Below, piece after piece: positions 37,291-49,384 of a stretch of 64,000 bases of DNA. This stretch comes from Mobula hypostoma. Lineage: Eukaryota. Below the pieces are notes generated by a model that saw only the letters and a list, made by a program, of their open reading frames with translations, searched no databases and was not told where the DNA came from. How positions within the stretch are numbered: the stretch's first letter is position 1; the number at the start of each line of letters is the position of its first letter. Location: NCBI RefSeq assembly GCF_963921235.1, contig NC_086097.1, positions 208,198,001-208,262,000 on the forward strand, in the 5' to 3' direction. The position numbers were made by a program, and so were the translations under genes.

Positions 37291-38267
37291 AAACACATAC
37301 GTAGCTTGTTTAATTTTCAGTCTTATTTTTAAAAAGTGTATGACATAATGAAATTGATAATGACCTAATGACACAACTTCTTAAATATTTAACACAATAA
37401 TCTTTTCATATTTTTAGATAGGTGTTCCTAGAAACTACAGTTCCTCCTCTAGGTGCTTGTCATTGGAATCCCCCAATTGTCTAAGACTCTCAAACATTAT
37501 TTCCATTAATTGATTCCATCCTCTTTGAGTGACAAAGTGTCAGCTTTTCTTCATAATTATTAAATCACAAAGTAACCATGGGAATAAGTGGTTTTGAAAC
37601 TTGTGATTACTGAGATACAATTTTCTTTTAAGTACAGTAGTTATCATGAAGAGACATGGCCATTTTTTTCATTAAAATTAGAGTTTCATATCAATTAAGT
37701 GATAATCAATTATCTTCCAGTGCAATGTCAGGAAGTGGAATGACTCACAATGTAATCACTAGTTTTTGTCACTGGACAAACTCTTCACGGAATAATTAAG
37801 ATTCATGACAAAGTTCAATAAAAATACAATGTGTTGGGATACCCTGCTCCACAGTAACACCCATCTAAAAAATCTTGCTTTGTTTGTAGGAATTATTTTA
37901 TTTTTCTTCTCCCCAGTCAGATCTTTGCAAACCAAATTAGAAAATTGTGAATTTGGTAACTAATATGAGAAGATCCTTTGACATTTTATGTATTTTAATA
38001 CAAATTGATTAATCCTGTAGAGCTCCTTGATCACTGGGAATTGATTTCTTGATATTGAATCATGATTTTCAAAAAAAAACAAACTTTGAAATTCTACAGC
38101 TTGTTAAGCAATTGAATTTTATGAAAAGACATTTGCGAGAGCACTTCTAAAAATTATAGCTGGTCTTTTATGTGCATGTCTCTCATACACACTAAAGTCA
38201 TTGTCAAGCACAGCAATGTCAAATGGATGTTTTGACACAAAATACTTCAACACATAGGAGGCACACT

Positions 38268-41200
38268 TCTGCTGATCAACTGGCTGTGAGGTGAGATCTT
38301 TAATGTGGTATCCACCTGCTTCAAGCAGGCTTCAATTATACTGGTGCCTAAGAAGAGCCTGGTGACCTGCCACAATGATTATTGCCTAATAGGACTTAGA
38401 TCCACAGTAACGAAGTGTTTTGGGATGTTGCTGATGAAACATATCATTTCCTGTCCGAGAAGTGACTTGGATCCACTGCAATTTGCCTACCAGAGCAACA
38501 GACCCACAGCAGTTACCATCTCATTGGCTCTTCCCTCAACCCTGGAACATCTGGACAGCAAAGATGCACACATCAGAATGCTCCTTACTGACTACAGCTC
38601 TGCATTCAATACCATCATCCCCTCAAAAGTAATCAATAAGCTCCAAGATCTTGGCCTTAATACCTCCTTATGCAATTGGATACTCAATTTCCTCACACAG
38701 ACCCCAGTCAGTTCAGATTGGCAATAACATCTCTTCCACGAACTCCCTCAGCACAGGTGCACCACAGGGTGTCTGCTTAACCCCTGCTCTACTCTTTACG
38801 ACTGTGTCACAGCTCCAATGCCATTTTTATGGTTACTAATGACACCACTGTTGTAGATTTAATCAAAGGTGGTGACAAATCAGCATATAGAACATAGAAT
38901 AGTACAGCACAGTACAGGCCCTTCGGCCCACAATGTTGTGCCGCCCCTCAAACCCTGCCTCCCATATAAGCCCCCACCTTAAATTCCTCCATATACCTGA
39001 CAATATAGTAGTCTCTTAAACTTCACTAGTGTATCTGCCTCCACCACTGACTCAGGCAGTGTTTTCCATGCACCAACCACTTTCTGAGTGAAAAACCCTC
39101 CTCTCCCACCCTTGAACTTCCCACCCCTTACCTTAAAGCCATGTCCTCTTGTATTGAGCAGTGGTGCCCTGGGGAAGAGGCGCTGGCTATCCACTCTATC
39201 TATTCCTCTTATTATCTTGTACACCTCTATCATGTCTCCTCTCACCCTCCTTCTCTCCAAAGAGTAAAGCCCTAGCTCCCTTAATCTCCGATCATAATGC
39301 ATACTTTCTAAGCCAGGCAGCATCCTGATAAATCTCCTCTGTACCCTTTCCAATGCTTCCACATCCTTCCTATAGTGAGGTGATCAGAACTGAACACAGT
39401 ACTCCAAGTGTGGCTGAACCAGAGATTTATAGAGCTGCATCATTACATCGCGACTCTTAAACTATATCCCTCGACTTATGAAAGCTAACACCCCATAAGC
39501 TTTCTTAACTGCCCTATCCACCTGTGAGGCAACTTTCATATACCCCAAGATCCCTCTGCTCCTCCACACCACCAAGTATCCTGCCATTTACTTTGTACTC
39601 TGCCTTGGAGTTTGACCTTCCAAAGTGCACCACCTCACACTTCTCCGGGTTGAACTCTATCTGCCACTTCTCAGCCCACTTCTGCATCCTATCAATGTTT
39701 CTCTGCAATCTTTGACAATCCTCTACACTATCTACAACACCACCAACCTTTGTGTCGTCTGCAAACTTGCCAACCCACCCTTCTACCCCCACATCCAGGT
39801 CGTTAATAAAAATCACGAAAAGTAGAGGTCCCAGAACAGATCCTTGTGGGACACCACTAGTCACAATCCTCCAATCTGAATGTATTCCCTCCACCACCAC
39901 CCTCTGCCTTCTGCAGGCAAGCCAATTCTGAATCCACCTGGCCAAACTTCCCTGGATCCTATGCCTTCTAACTTTCTGAATAAGCCCACCGTGTGGAACC
40001 TTGTCAAATGCCTTACTAAAATCCATATAGATCACATCCACTGCATTACCCTCATCTATATGCCTGGTCACCTCCTCAAAGAACTCTATCAGGCTTGTTA
40101 GACATGATCTGCCCTTCACAAATCCCTGATCAGACCATGATTCTCTAAATGCCTATAGATCCTATCTCTAAGAATCTTTTCCAACAGCTTTCCCACCACA
40201 GACATAAGGCTCACTGGTCTATAATTACCCAGACTATCCCTGCTACCTTTTTTGAACAAGGGGACAACATTTGCCTCCCTCCAATCCTCTGGTACCATTC
40301 CTGTGGACAACGAGGACATAAAGATCCTAGCCAGAGGCTCAGCAATCGCTTCTCTTGCCTCGTGGAGCAGCCTGGGGGATATTCCATCAGGCTCCGGGGA
40401 CTTATCTGTCCTAATGTATTTTAACAACTCCAACACCTTCTCTCCCTTAATATCAACATGCTCCAGAACATCAACCTCACTCATATATAGGAGGGAGATT
40501 GAAAATCTGGCTGAGTGGTGCCATAACAACAACTTTTTACTGAATGTCAGCAAGACAAAGGGGCTGATTATTGAACTCAGGAGGAGGAAACCAGTGGTCC
40601 ATCAGCCAGTCCTTCTTGGGATAATCAAAGGCTGAGAGGGTCAGCAAATTCCTCAGTGTTACTAGTTCGGAGGACCTGTTCTGGGCCCGGCACATAAGTG
40701 CAATTATAAAGAAAGCACGCCAATCCCTCTACTTCCTTAGGAGTTTGGGAAGATTTGGCATAACATCTAAAACTTTGACAAACTTCTATAGCTGTGTAGA
40801 GGAGAGTATATTGACTGGCTGCACCACAGACTGGTATGATAAATCAATGCCCTTGAGCAGAAGATCACACAGAAAGTAGTGGATACAGCCCAGTCCATCA
40901 CAGGTAAAGACCTTTCAACCATTGAGTACATCTACACAAAGTGCTGGCACAGGAAAGCAGCATCCATTACCCAGGACCTCGCCACCCAGGACATGCTCTC
41001 TTCTCACTGCTGTCATCAGGAAGAAGGTACAGGACTTTCAGGAGTCACACTACCAAGTTCAGAAACAGTTATCAACCTTCAAACAACAGACTCTTGAACC
41101 AACAGGGATAATTCACTGCCCCATCACTGAAATGTTCGCACAACAAATGGACTCACTTTCAAGGACTCTGGTGTTCTTGATATTTATTGCTTACTTATTT

Positions 41201-41403
41201 GTTATTATAGTTTCTTTCTTTTTGTATTTGCACAGTTTGTTGTCTTCTGCAATCAGGTTGAAGGCCCAAGTTGGGTGGTCTTTCATTGATTCTGGTATGG
41301 TTATTATTCTATCAATTTATTGAGTATGGCTGCAAAAAGTGAATCTCAGGGATGTATATGGTGACATACATGTACATCACTAACAAACTTACTTTGAACT
41401 TTA
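38268..41403 (+). mobile_element. Rex1/Babar LINE interrupted by CR1-B
   Basis: [34 protein letters not shown]. Resumes YRREIENLAEWCHNNN after the insertion; actttgaacttt tail. Confidence 0.88.
38891..40484 (-). mobile_element. CR1 LINE (subfamily B), 5'-truncated
   Basis: Near-identical to 11746-13365; TSD atatag (38885-38890, 40485-40490); RT motifs in ORFs 39514-40553. Confidence 0.95.
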
Positions 41404-41558
41404 AACATTAATGAGCCCTCACACACCGAATAAAATTTTGAGAGAAAGTCTGAGAGATCCTTAAGAATTATTTAAAGGCAGCAGATCTGACCTGATAACA
41501 CAGATAAAAAAAATGCTGGTGAACGCAGCAGGCCAGGCAGCATCTATAGGAAGAGGTA

Positions 41559-41600
41559 CAGTCGACATTTCGGGCTGAGACCCTTCGTCAGGACTAACTG
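41559..41600 (-). ncRNA. Minimal type I hammerhead ribozyme motif
   Basis: UAGUC-CUGACGA-A-GGGU(CUCA)GCCC-GAAAUGUC^GACUG; one C>T change in stem III. Confidence 0.75.
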
Positions 41601-41900
41601 AAAGAAGAGATAGTAAGAGATTTGAAAGTGGGAGGGGGAGGGGAAGATCCAAAATGATAGGAGAAGACAGGAGGGGGAGGGATGGAGCCAAGAGCTGGAC
41701 AGGTGATTGACAAAAGGGATATGAGAGGATCATAGGACAGGAGGCCTAGGAAGAAAGAAAAGTGGGGCGGGGGGGACCCCAGAGGATGGGCAAGGGGTAT
41801 AGTGAGAGGGACAGAGGGAGAAAAAGGAGAGAGAGGAAAAAAAATATTAATAATAAAAGATAAATAAATAACAGATGGGGTACAAAGGGGAGGTGGGGCA

Positions 41901-43120
41901 TTAACAGAAGTTAGAGAAGTCAATATTCATGCCATCAGGTTGGAGGCTACCCAGACGGAATATAAGGTGTTGTTCCTCCAACCTGAGTGTAGCTTCAAAA
42001 AATTCATCTTGACAGTAGAGGAGGCCATGGATAGACATATCAAAATGGGAATGGGACGTGGAATTAAAATGTGTGGCCACTGGGAGATCCTGTTTTCTCT
42101 GGCAGACAGAGCGTAGATGTTCAGCAAAGCGGTCTCCCAGTCTGCGTCGGGTCTCGCCAATATATAGAAGGCCACATCGGGAGCATCGGACGCAGTATAT
42201 CACCCCAGCCGACTCACAGGTGAAGTGTTGCCTCACCTGGAAGGACTGTCTGGGGCCCTGAATGGTGGTGAGGGAGGAAGTGTAAGGGCATGTGTAGCAC
42301 TTGTTCCGCTAACAAGGATAAGTGCCGGGAGGAGACCGGTGAGAAGGAATGGGGGGGAAGAATGGACAAGGGAGTCGCATAGGGAGCGATCCCTGTGGAA
42401 AGCAAAAGCGGGGGGGAGGGAAAGGTGTGCTTAGTGATGGGATCCTGTTGGAGGTGGCGGAAGTTACGGAGAATAATATGTTGGATCTGGAGGCTGGTGT
42501 TGTGGTAGGTGAGGACAAGTTGAACCCTATTCCTAGTGGGGTGGCAGGAGGAGGGGGTGAGAGCAGATGTGCGTGAAATGGGAGAGATGCGTTTGAGAGC
42601 AGAGTTGATAGTGGAGGAAGGGAAGCCCCTTTCTTTGAAAAAGGAGGACATCTCCTTCGCCCCGGAATGAAAAGCCTCATCCTGAGAGCAGATGCGGCGG
42701 AGACGGAGGAATTGCGAGAAGGGGATGGCATTTTTGCAAGAGACAGGGTGAGAAAAGGAATAGTCCAGATAGCTGTGAGAGTCAGTAGGCTTATAGTAGA
42801 CATCAGTAGATAAGCTGTCTCCAGAGATAGAGACAGAAAGGTCAAGAAGGGGGAGGGAGTTATCAGAAACGGACCAGGTAAACTTGAGGGTAGGGTGAAA
42901 GTTGGAGGCAAAGTTAATGAAGTCAACGAGCTCAGCATGTGTGCAGGAAGCAGCACCAATGCAGTCATCGATGTAGCGAAGGAAAAGTGGGGGTATAGGC
43001 TTGGAACATGGATTGTTCCACAAAGCCAACAAAAAGGCTGGCATAGCTGGGACCCATATGGGTGCCCATGGCTACACCTTTAGTTTGGAGGAAGTGGGAG
43101 GAACCAAAGGAGAAATTATT
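41901..43120 (-). pseudogene. Penelope RT + GIY-YIG ORF (frameshifted)
   Basis: ORFs 42214-43044 and 41901-42236 in the track. Confidence 0.88.
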
Positions 43121-44705
43121 AAGGTCTTCTGCTAGACAGTGCCAGGTATTTGATATCTTCCAGGTGATTTCCTTGGAGTTTGCTTCTTCTGTACCTCATT
43201 GTTAATGACCTCAGCGACCCCAAGTAGTTCACCACTCTTGGTCCAATCATCTTTGTGTTTTAGAACAGCACAACTTGAGAGAATTCAACATCTGAACTAT
43301 TTGAGTTCTCATCAAGGGTCTTAAATATACAATGTTAATTCTGTTTATCTTTCACAGATCTTACCTGATGTTGAATATATGCTATACTTTCTTATTTCAT
43401 GTCACCTTTTTAACTGACTTCTGATCACCTCTCTCCCTATCTGATGATCATCTCATCATTTGACTTCAATCCAATGGCCCAATCTCTGTCGATATCTGAG
43501 TTGAATACGTCTGATGGCTTGAAAACACGGTCCTCTGACTTTAGCCCAAAAGAGCCTCTATCCTTTGCCATCTCATTGCAGAAACAGTGGATATAAGGAC
43601 TATTGCATCTCAATACCTTAGTACTCATGTACCTGACTGGTGCCTACATATCAGCACCTGAATTTTTGGATTTTTTTTTCTAATTCCAACCCTTGAACCT
43701 TCCATCTCAAGTGAGTTCCACTTGATAGGACTACGCAAACGTGCAGTTGTGGTTTTTGAACCTATCTTTATTGAGTCTCTCTTCATCTGCCTGATTTAAT
43801 GAGTTCAGGCTGCCAAACAGTGCTAGGTCACTTCTTTGTAATCAATGAAACAAACACAAGGTTTATGGATACAGGCCTTGTCTAGAAACTTAAAAGCAAG
43901 ACATTAGTTACATTTTTAGGTCTTTTTCCGGTCTTGTTTTTTTGGGCACAATATGATGGAATTTTTTTCCCATTGTAAAACATAGAATTAGACAGAACAA
44001 TACAGTACAGGCCCTTCAGACTTACCTTTTAGACAACTCCAAGATCAATTTAACCCTTCATTCTCCCATAGCCATCTCTTTCATCCATTTGCCTTATCTA
44101 TTTGTCTATTAAATATCCCTAATGTACCTGCCTCTGCCACCACCCTGCCAGTGAGTTCCACAAACTTACCACTCTGTGCAAAAACCTTCCTCTGACTTCC
44201 CCTCCACCCCCAAACTTACCTCCAAATTAAAATTTTAATCTTAAAATTCTGCCCTCTCATATTAGCCATTGCCGGGCTGAGTAAAAGGCGACAGCTGTCC
44301 ACTTGATCAATCCCTCTTATCATCATAGACACTTCTATTAAATTACTTGTCATTCTCCTTCACTCCAAAGAGAAAAGCTCTAGCTCAGTCAAACTCGTCT
44401 CATTAGACATGCTCTCTAACTCAGACAGGTTCCTGGTAAAGCTCCTCTGCATTCTCTCTAAATCTTCCACATTCTTCCTACTATGAGGCAACCAGAAATG
44501 AACACAATACTCCAAGTGCAGTCTAACCAGAGTTTTATAGAACTGCATCATTAACTTGTGGTCTTGAACTCAATCCCTTTTCTAAAGAAGACCACACAAA
44601 CAAACACCTTCATAATCACCCCATCAACTTGTGCTGCAATTTTGAGGGATCAATGACCTTCGACTGCAAGATCCCTCTGTTTCTGCACACTACTAAGAAT
44701 CTATT

Positions 44706-45515
44706 CATAGAAACATAGAAAACCTACAGCACAATACAGGCCCTTCGGCCCACGAAGCTGTGCCAAACATGTCCCTACCTTAGAAATACCTAGGCTTTAC
44801 CCACAACTCTCTATTTTTCTAAGCTCCATGTACCCATCCAGGAGTCTCTTAAAAGACCCTGTCGTATCCGCCTCCACCACCGCCACCGGCAGCCCATTCC
44901 ACACACTCACCACTCTCAATGTAAAAAACTTACCCCTGACATCTCCTCTGTACCTACTTCCAATCCCCTTAAAACTATGCCCTCTCATGCTAGCCATTTC
45001 AGCCCTGGGGAAAAGCCTCTGACTATCCACACAATCAATGCCTCTTATTATCTTGTACCCCTCTATCAGGTCATCTCTCATCCTTTGTTGCTCCAAGGAG
45101 AAAAGGCTGAGTTCGCTCAACCTATTCTCATAAGGCATGCTCCTCAATCCAGGCAACATCCTTGTAAGTCTCCTCTGTACCTTTTCTATGGTTTCCACGT
45201 CCTTCCTGTAGTGAAGTGACCAGAATTGATCACAGTACTCCAAGTGGGGTCTGACCAGGGTCCTATATAGCTGCAACATTACCTCTTGGCTCTTAAGATC
45301 AATCCCACGACTGATGAAGGCCAATGCACCGTATGCCTTCTTAACCACAGAGTCAACCTATGTAGCAGCTTTGAGTGTCCTATGGACTCAGACCCCAAGA
45401 TCCCTCTGATCCTCCACACTGCCAAGTGTCTTACCATTAATGCTATATTCTGCCATCATACTTGACTACCAAAATGAACCACCTCAAACTTATCTGGGTT
45501 GAACTTCATCTGCCA
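44706..45515 (-). mobile_element. CR1 LINE (subfamily A) 3' fragment
   Basis: ORF 44797-45348; catagaaacatagaaa tail; homologous to 34090-34898. Confidence 0.9.
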
Positions 45516-45647
45516 TTAACTTTATACTCAGCCTTCAAGTTCAACCTTCCAAAGTGTATCACTTCATATTTCTCTGTCCACCTCTACATCCTATCAATGT
45601 TCCATTGTAACCTATGACAACCTTCCAATCTATGCACAACACCACCA

Positions 45648-46243
45648 AACAACAGGAATTCTGCAGATGCTGGAAATTCAAGCAACACACATCAAAGTTG
45701 CTGGTGAACGCAGCGGGCCAAGCAGCATCTATAGGAAGAGGCGCAGTCGACGTTTCAGGCCGAGACCCTTCGTCAGGACTAACTGAAGGAAGAGTGAGTA
45801 AGGGATTTGAAAGCTGGAGGGGGAGGGGGAGATGCAAAATGATAGGAGAAGACAGGAGGGGGAGGGATAGAGCCGAGAGCTGGACAGGTGATAGGCAAAA
45901 GGGGATACGAGAGGATCATGGGACAGGCGGTCCTGGAAGAAAGGGGGGGGGTGACCCAGAGGATGGGCAAGAGGTATATTCAGAGGGACAGAGGGAGAAA
46001 AAGGAGAGTGAGAGAAAGAATGTGTGCATAAAAATGAGTTACGAGGGGGAGGTGGGGCCTAGCGGAAGTTAGAGAAGTCAATGTTCATGCCATCAGGTTG
46101 GAGGCTACCCAGACGGAATATAAGGTGTTGTTCCTCCAACCTGAGTGTGGCTTCATCTTTACAGTAGAGGAGGCCGTGGATAGACATGTCAGAATGGGAA
46201 TGGGATGTGGAATTAAAATGTGTGGCCACTGGGAGATCCTGGG
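45648..46243 (-). mobile_element. Penelope 3' fragment (GIY-YIG C-term plus terminal repeat)
   Basis: QDLPVATHFNSTSHSHSDM...PDGMNIDFSNFR; TSD acaacaccacca (45636-45647, 46244-46255). Confidence 0.92.
45744..45785 (-). ncRNA. Minimal type I hammerhead ribozyme motif, intact core
   Basis: UAGUC-CUGACGA-A-GGGU(CUCG)GCCU-GAAAC-GUC^GACUG. Stem I UAGUC/GACUG, stem II with tetraloop, loopless palindromic stem III (ACGU), GUC cleavage triplet. Confidence 0.82.
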
Positions 46244-46796
46244 ACAACACCACCAATCTTCTTGTCACCTGCAAGCTTAATAACCCACCCTTCCACTTCT
46301 TCATCTAAGTCATTTATGAAAATCATAAAGATCAGGGGTCCTAGAACAGTTTCTTGCAGAACACCACTAGTCACAAAGCAGAATACACTCCATCTATTAT
46401 CCCATTCTGCCTTCTGTGGACAACCCAATTCTAAATCCATAGCAAAGTCTCCTTGCCTCCTGACTTTCTAAATGAGCCTACCAGGGGAAATCTTGTCGAA
46501 TCTCTTACTAAAATCCATATACATACTGTACACCACATCTCTACCTTCATTAATCTGCTTTGTCATTTCTTCGAAGAATTCAGTCAGGCTTGCACAACCT
46601 GCCCCTCACAAAGCCATGCTGATTATCCCTTATCAGATTATCCTCATAAATTCTGTCCCTAAGATCCTCTCTAATAGTTTGTCCAGCACTGATGTAAGAT
46701 TCAGTGGTCCATAATTTGATATTGTGAAATTAGTACCTTTTTATTAAACAAGCAATAGAAATTATAGGGTTTTAAAATAGAAAAGCTTAAAATTAT

Positions 46797-47520
46797 AGAG
46801 TCATTGAGTCATAAAAAAGTACAGCACAGAATCCGGGCCTTCAGCCCATCTAGTCTGTGCTGAGCTATTTAAACTGCCTACTCTCATCAACCTGCACCAG
46901 GGCCATAGCTCTCCATATCCCTAACATCTATGTACCTATCCAAGCTTTGCTTAAACATTGAAATTGAGCTCGCATGCACCACTTGCGCTAGCAGCTTGTT
47001 CCACACTCTCGTGACCCTCTGAGTGAAGAAGATACCCCCATATTCCCCTTAAACTTTTCACCTTTTGCCCTTAACCCATGATCTTTAGTTGTAGTCCCAC
47101 CCAACCTCAGTGGAAAAAGCCTGCTTGCTTTTACCTTATCTATACCCCTCATAATTTTGTATACTTCTCTCATATCTCCTCTCAATCTTCTACGTTCCGG
47201 TGGAATAAAGTTCTAACCTATTCAGTCTTTCCATATAACTCAGTCCTCCAGACCCTGCAACATCCTTGTAAATTTTCTCTGTACTCTTTCAACCTTATTT
47301 GCATCTTTCCTGTAGGTAGGTGACAAAACTGCACACAAAGCTACAATTTTGGCCTCGCCAATATTTTATACAACTTCAACATAACAACTCACCTCCTGTA
47401 CTTTGATTTATGAAAGCCAATATGCCAAAAGCTTTCTTTATGACCCTATCAACCTGTGACACCACTTTCAATGGATTATAGACCTGCATTCACAGATATC
47501 TTTGTTCTACCACACTCCTC
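46797..47520 (-). mobile_element. CR1 3' fragment (another subfamily)
   Basis: MRGDMREVYKIMRGIDKV...; gagtcattgagtcat tail. Confidence 0.85.
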
Positions 47521-48519
47521 CTAGAAGATGGGATACTGCAGACAAGCAAACTTTATAGCAGTTGAGACATCAAGAACAAGGGGCCATTGATGCAATATTA
47601 ATGTCTGCATTGTTTAGAAATGAGAGGAAAACAATGAGTGTTCAGTTTGAGAAATTCACTTCAAAGGTTTGAAGGGAATCAAACACAAATGCTTTGAGTT
47701 TCCAAAAGCTGTAATACTCTAAAACTGCAATTTTGCATGTTATGTGAAATCCCCTCCACTTATGCAAAAGTTTCACACAAATCTGGACAGCAAAATGGGA
47801 GCATCTCAAATGATATTCTTAACTGTTGTAAATACTCGGGATTAGATGAGATAGGCGGGAAAAGGATAAGGGACAATTTCGACAATCCATTTGACCTTAA
47901 GTGGAACTTCTGACCACAACATATTGCATCACTAAGTCTCATCTATTACCACCTCTGTTACAGCTGTTGCATGCCCTCACCTCTTATCCACGTGCTTGCT
48001 CTCTAGACTTTGAACACTTATAATCTGTCAGTAAACCACCCCAATACTTCTATCCCTTTCTTTAAGATACTTAGCTGATCAATTTCTTTGACCACCAATC
48101 CTAATTTTGAATACATAATATGTGTGAGGAAACTGCAATCCTAATCTGTCTACTCACGAATTGTGGTGAATAATTAAACCATTAATGGTCAAAGGATGCA
48201 CCATCCGCAGTTCCACCCTCTATGGCAGGTGAACCCGGCACATAACAGGTGTGGTTCGCTGCCTGAGCACTCCAGCAGTCCAGGTTCAATATTCTGGCTG
48301 GAAGTTTATTGCTCTATTAATTCCTCATGAAATTAAAATGCAGTTGTGCTCGGTAAGTGTAAATAAATGCAATGGGAATGGTGAAGACTTGTGCTCCAGA
48401 AATAGCCTTTAGCTTTTAATCACAAGCCAAGATGTTTCACCATAACTGCAGCACTGATATTTATCTGAATAAATGGAAAATAGCCCATTTAGAATCAGTT
48501 CGTATAAAGGCAAACAAAC

Positions 48520-48725
48520 CCAAAATTGCCAGCTTGTACCTCTTCCACTCCCCCCACCTTCTTATTCTGGCCTTTGACCCCTTCCCTTCCAGTCCTGTTG
48601 AAGGGTCTTGGCCCAAAATGTTGACTGTTTATTCCTCTCCATAGGCACTGCCATACTTGTTGAGTTCCTCCAGCATTTTGTGTGTGTTGCTCAAGATTAC
48701 CGGCAATTGCCGAATCTCTTGTGTT
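48520..48725 (+). mobile_element. Older Penelope terminal repeat with degenerate hammerhead
   Basis: cagtc-ctgttga-agggtcttggccc-aaaatgtt-gactg, followed by ...ctccagcattttgtgtgtgttgc. Confidence 0.75.
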
Positions 48726-49384
48726 TATACTCAATTCTGACAATTATCGGTTCATTTAAGTCATCAAAGAAGTTACGCATGCTATGACAAACAATACTAA
48801 CAAGTAACACCTATCTGTCCATAACCTGTTCCCTGATGTTCCATTTGAGCTTTGTTTTGATCACTGGACTCCATTCCTCAGTATGGGTTAAAACATACAC
48901 AAATTCCAGAGCTGAGTTGTGAGTAACAGTAGTAGAGTTAGCCCAACAAAGCATCATTTGATTGAGCATGGCAACAAGGAACCCTCAGAAGGTTTAGTTC
49001 AATAAAATTTATTGAAATCTGAATAAATGGAATCCCATACTTAGCACAAATATTGCCATTGTTGAAGATAATTATCACAATCCCAGGTTCATTGCTGTAG
49101 GACATTGGCCAAGGACCAACTATCTTTAAACACTTCCTTCACAAATTCTCCCCAACATTAGCTCAGATGGTAATCTTGGTCAGCATGGACCAGTTGGTCT
49201 GAAGGGGTTGCTTCTGTGCTGTGTTACTCTATGACTCTCTTAGATCCAATGTGGAAAATTCCCTGATGATTGAATAGTGTTCATTTCCACGTAGGCTAGG
49301 ATTAAATTGGGGGATTGCTGGGTGCTGTGGCTTGAAGGGCCAGCAGTACCTACTCCACACTGCACATCAATAAATAAATAAACG

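Larger units (their letters stand above)
41497..43123 (-). mobile_element. Penelope-like element, 5'-truncated: RT C-half, GIY-YIG endonuclease, terminal repeat
   Basis: KGVAMGT.MGPSYA, FLRYIDDCIG, LPLLDL, VYYKPTD; FTCESAGVIYCVRCSRCGLLYIGETRRRLGDRFAEH...PDGMN. Confidence 0.93.
43978..46740 (-). mobile_element. Older CR1 hosting CR1-A and Penelope insertions
   Basis: [48 protein letters not shown]. Confidence 0.8.

Noticed and set aside
41620..41900. G-rich purine tracts as a special G-quadruplex locus
   Set aside because: Ordinary pyrimidine-rich 3' UTR of the Penelope element, also present at 45790-46060.
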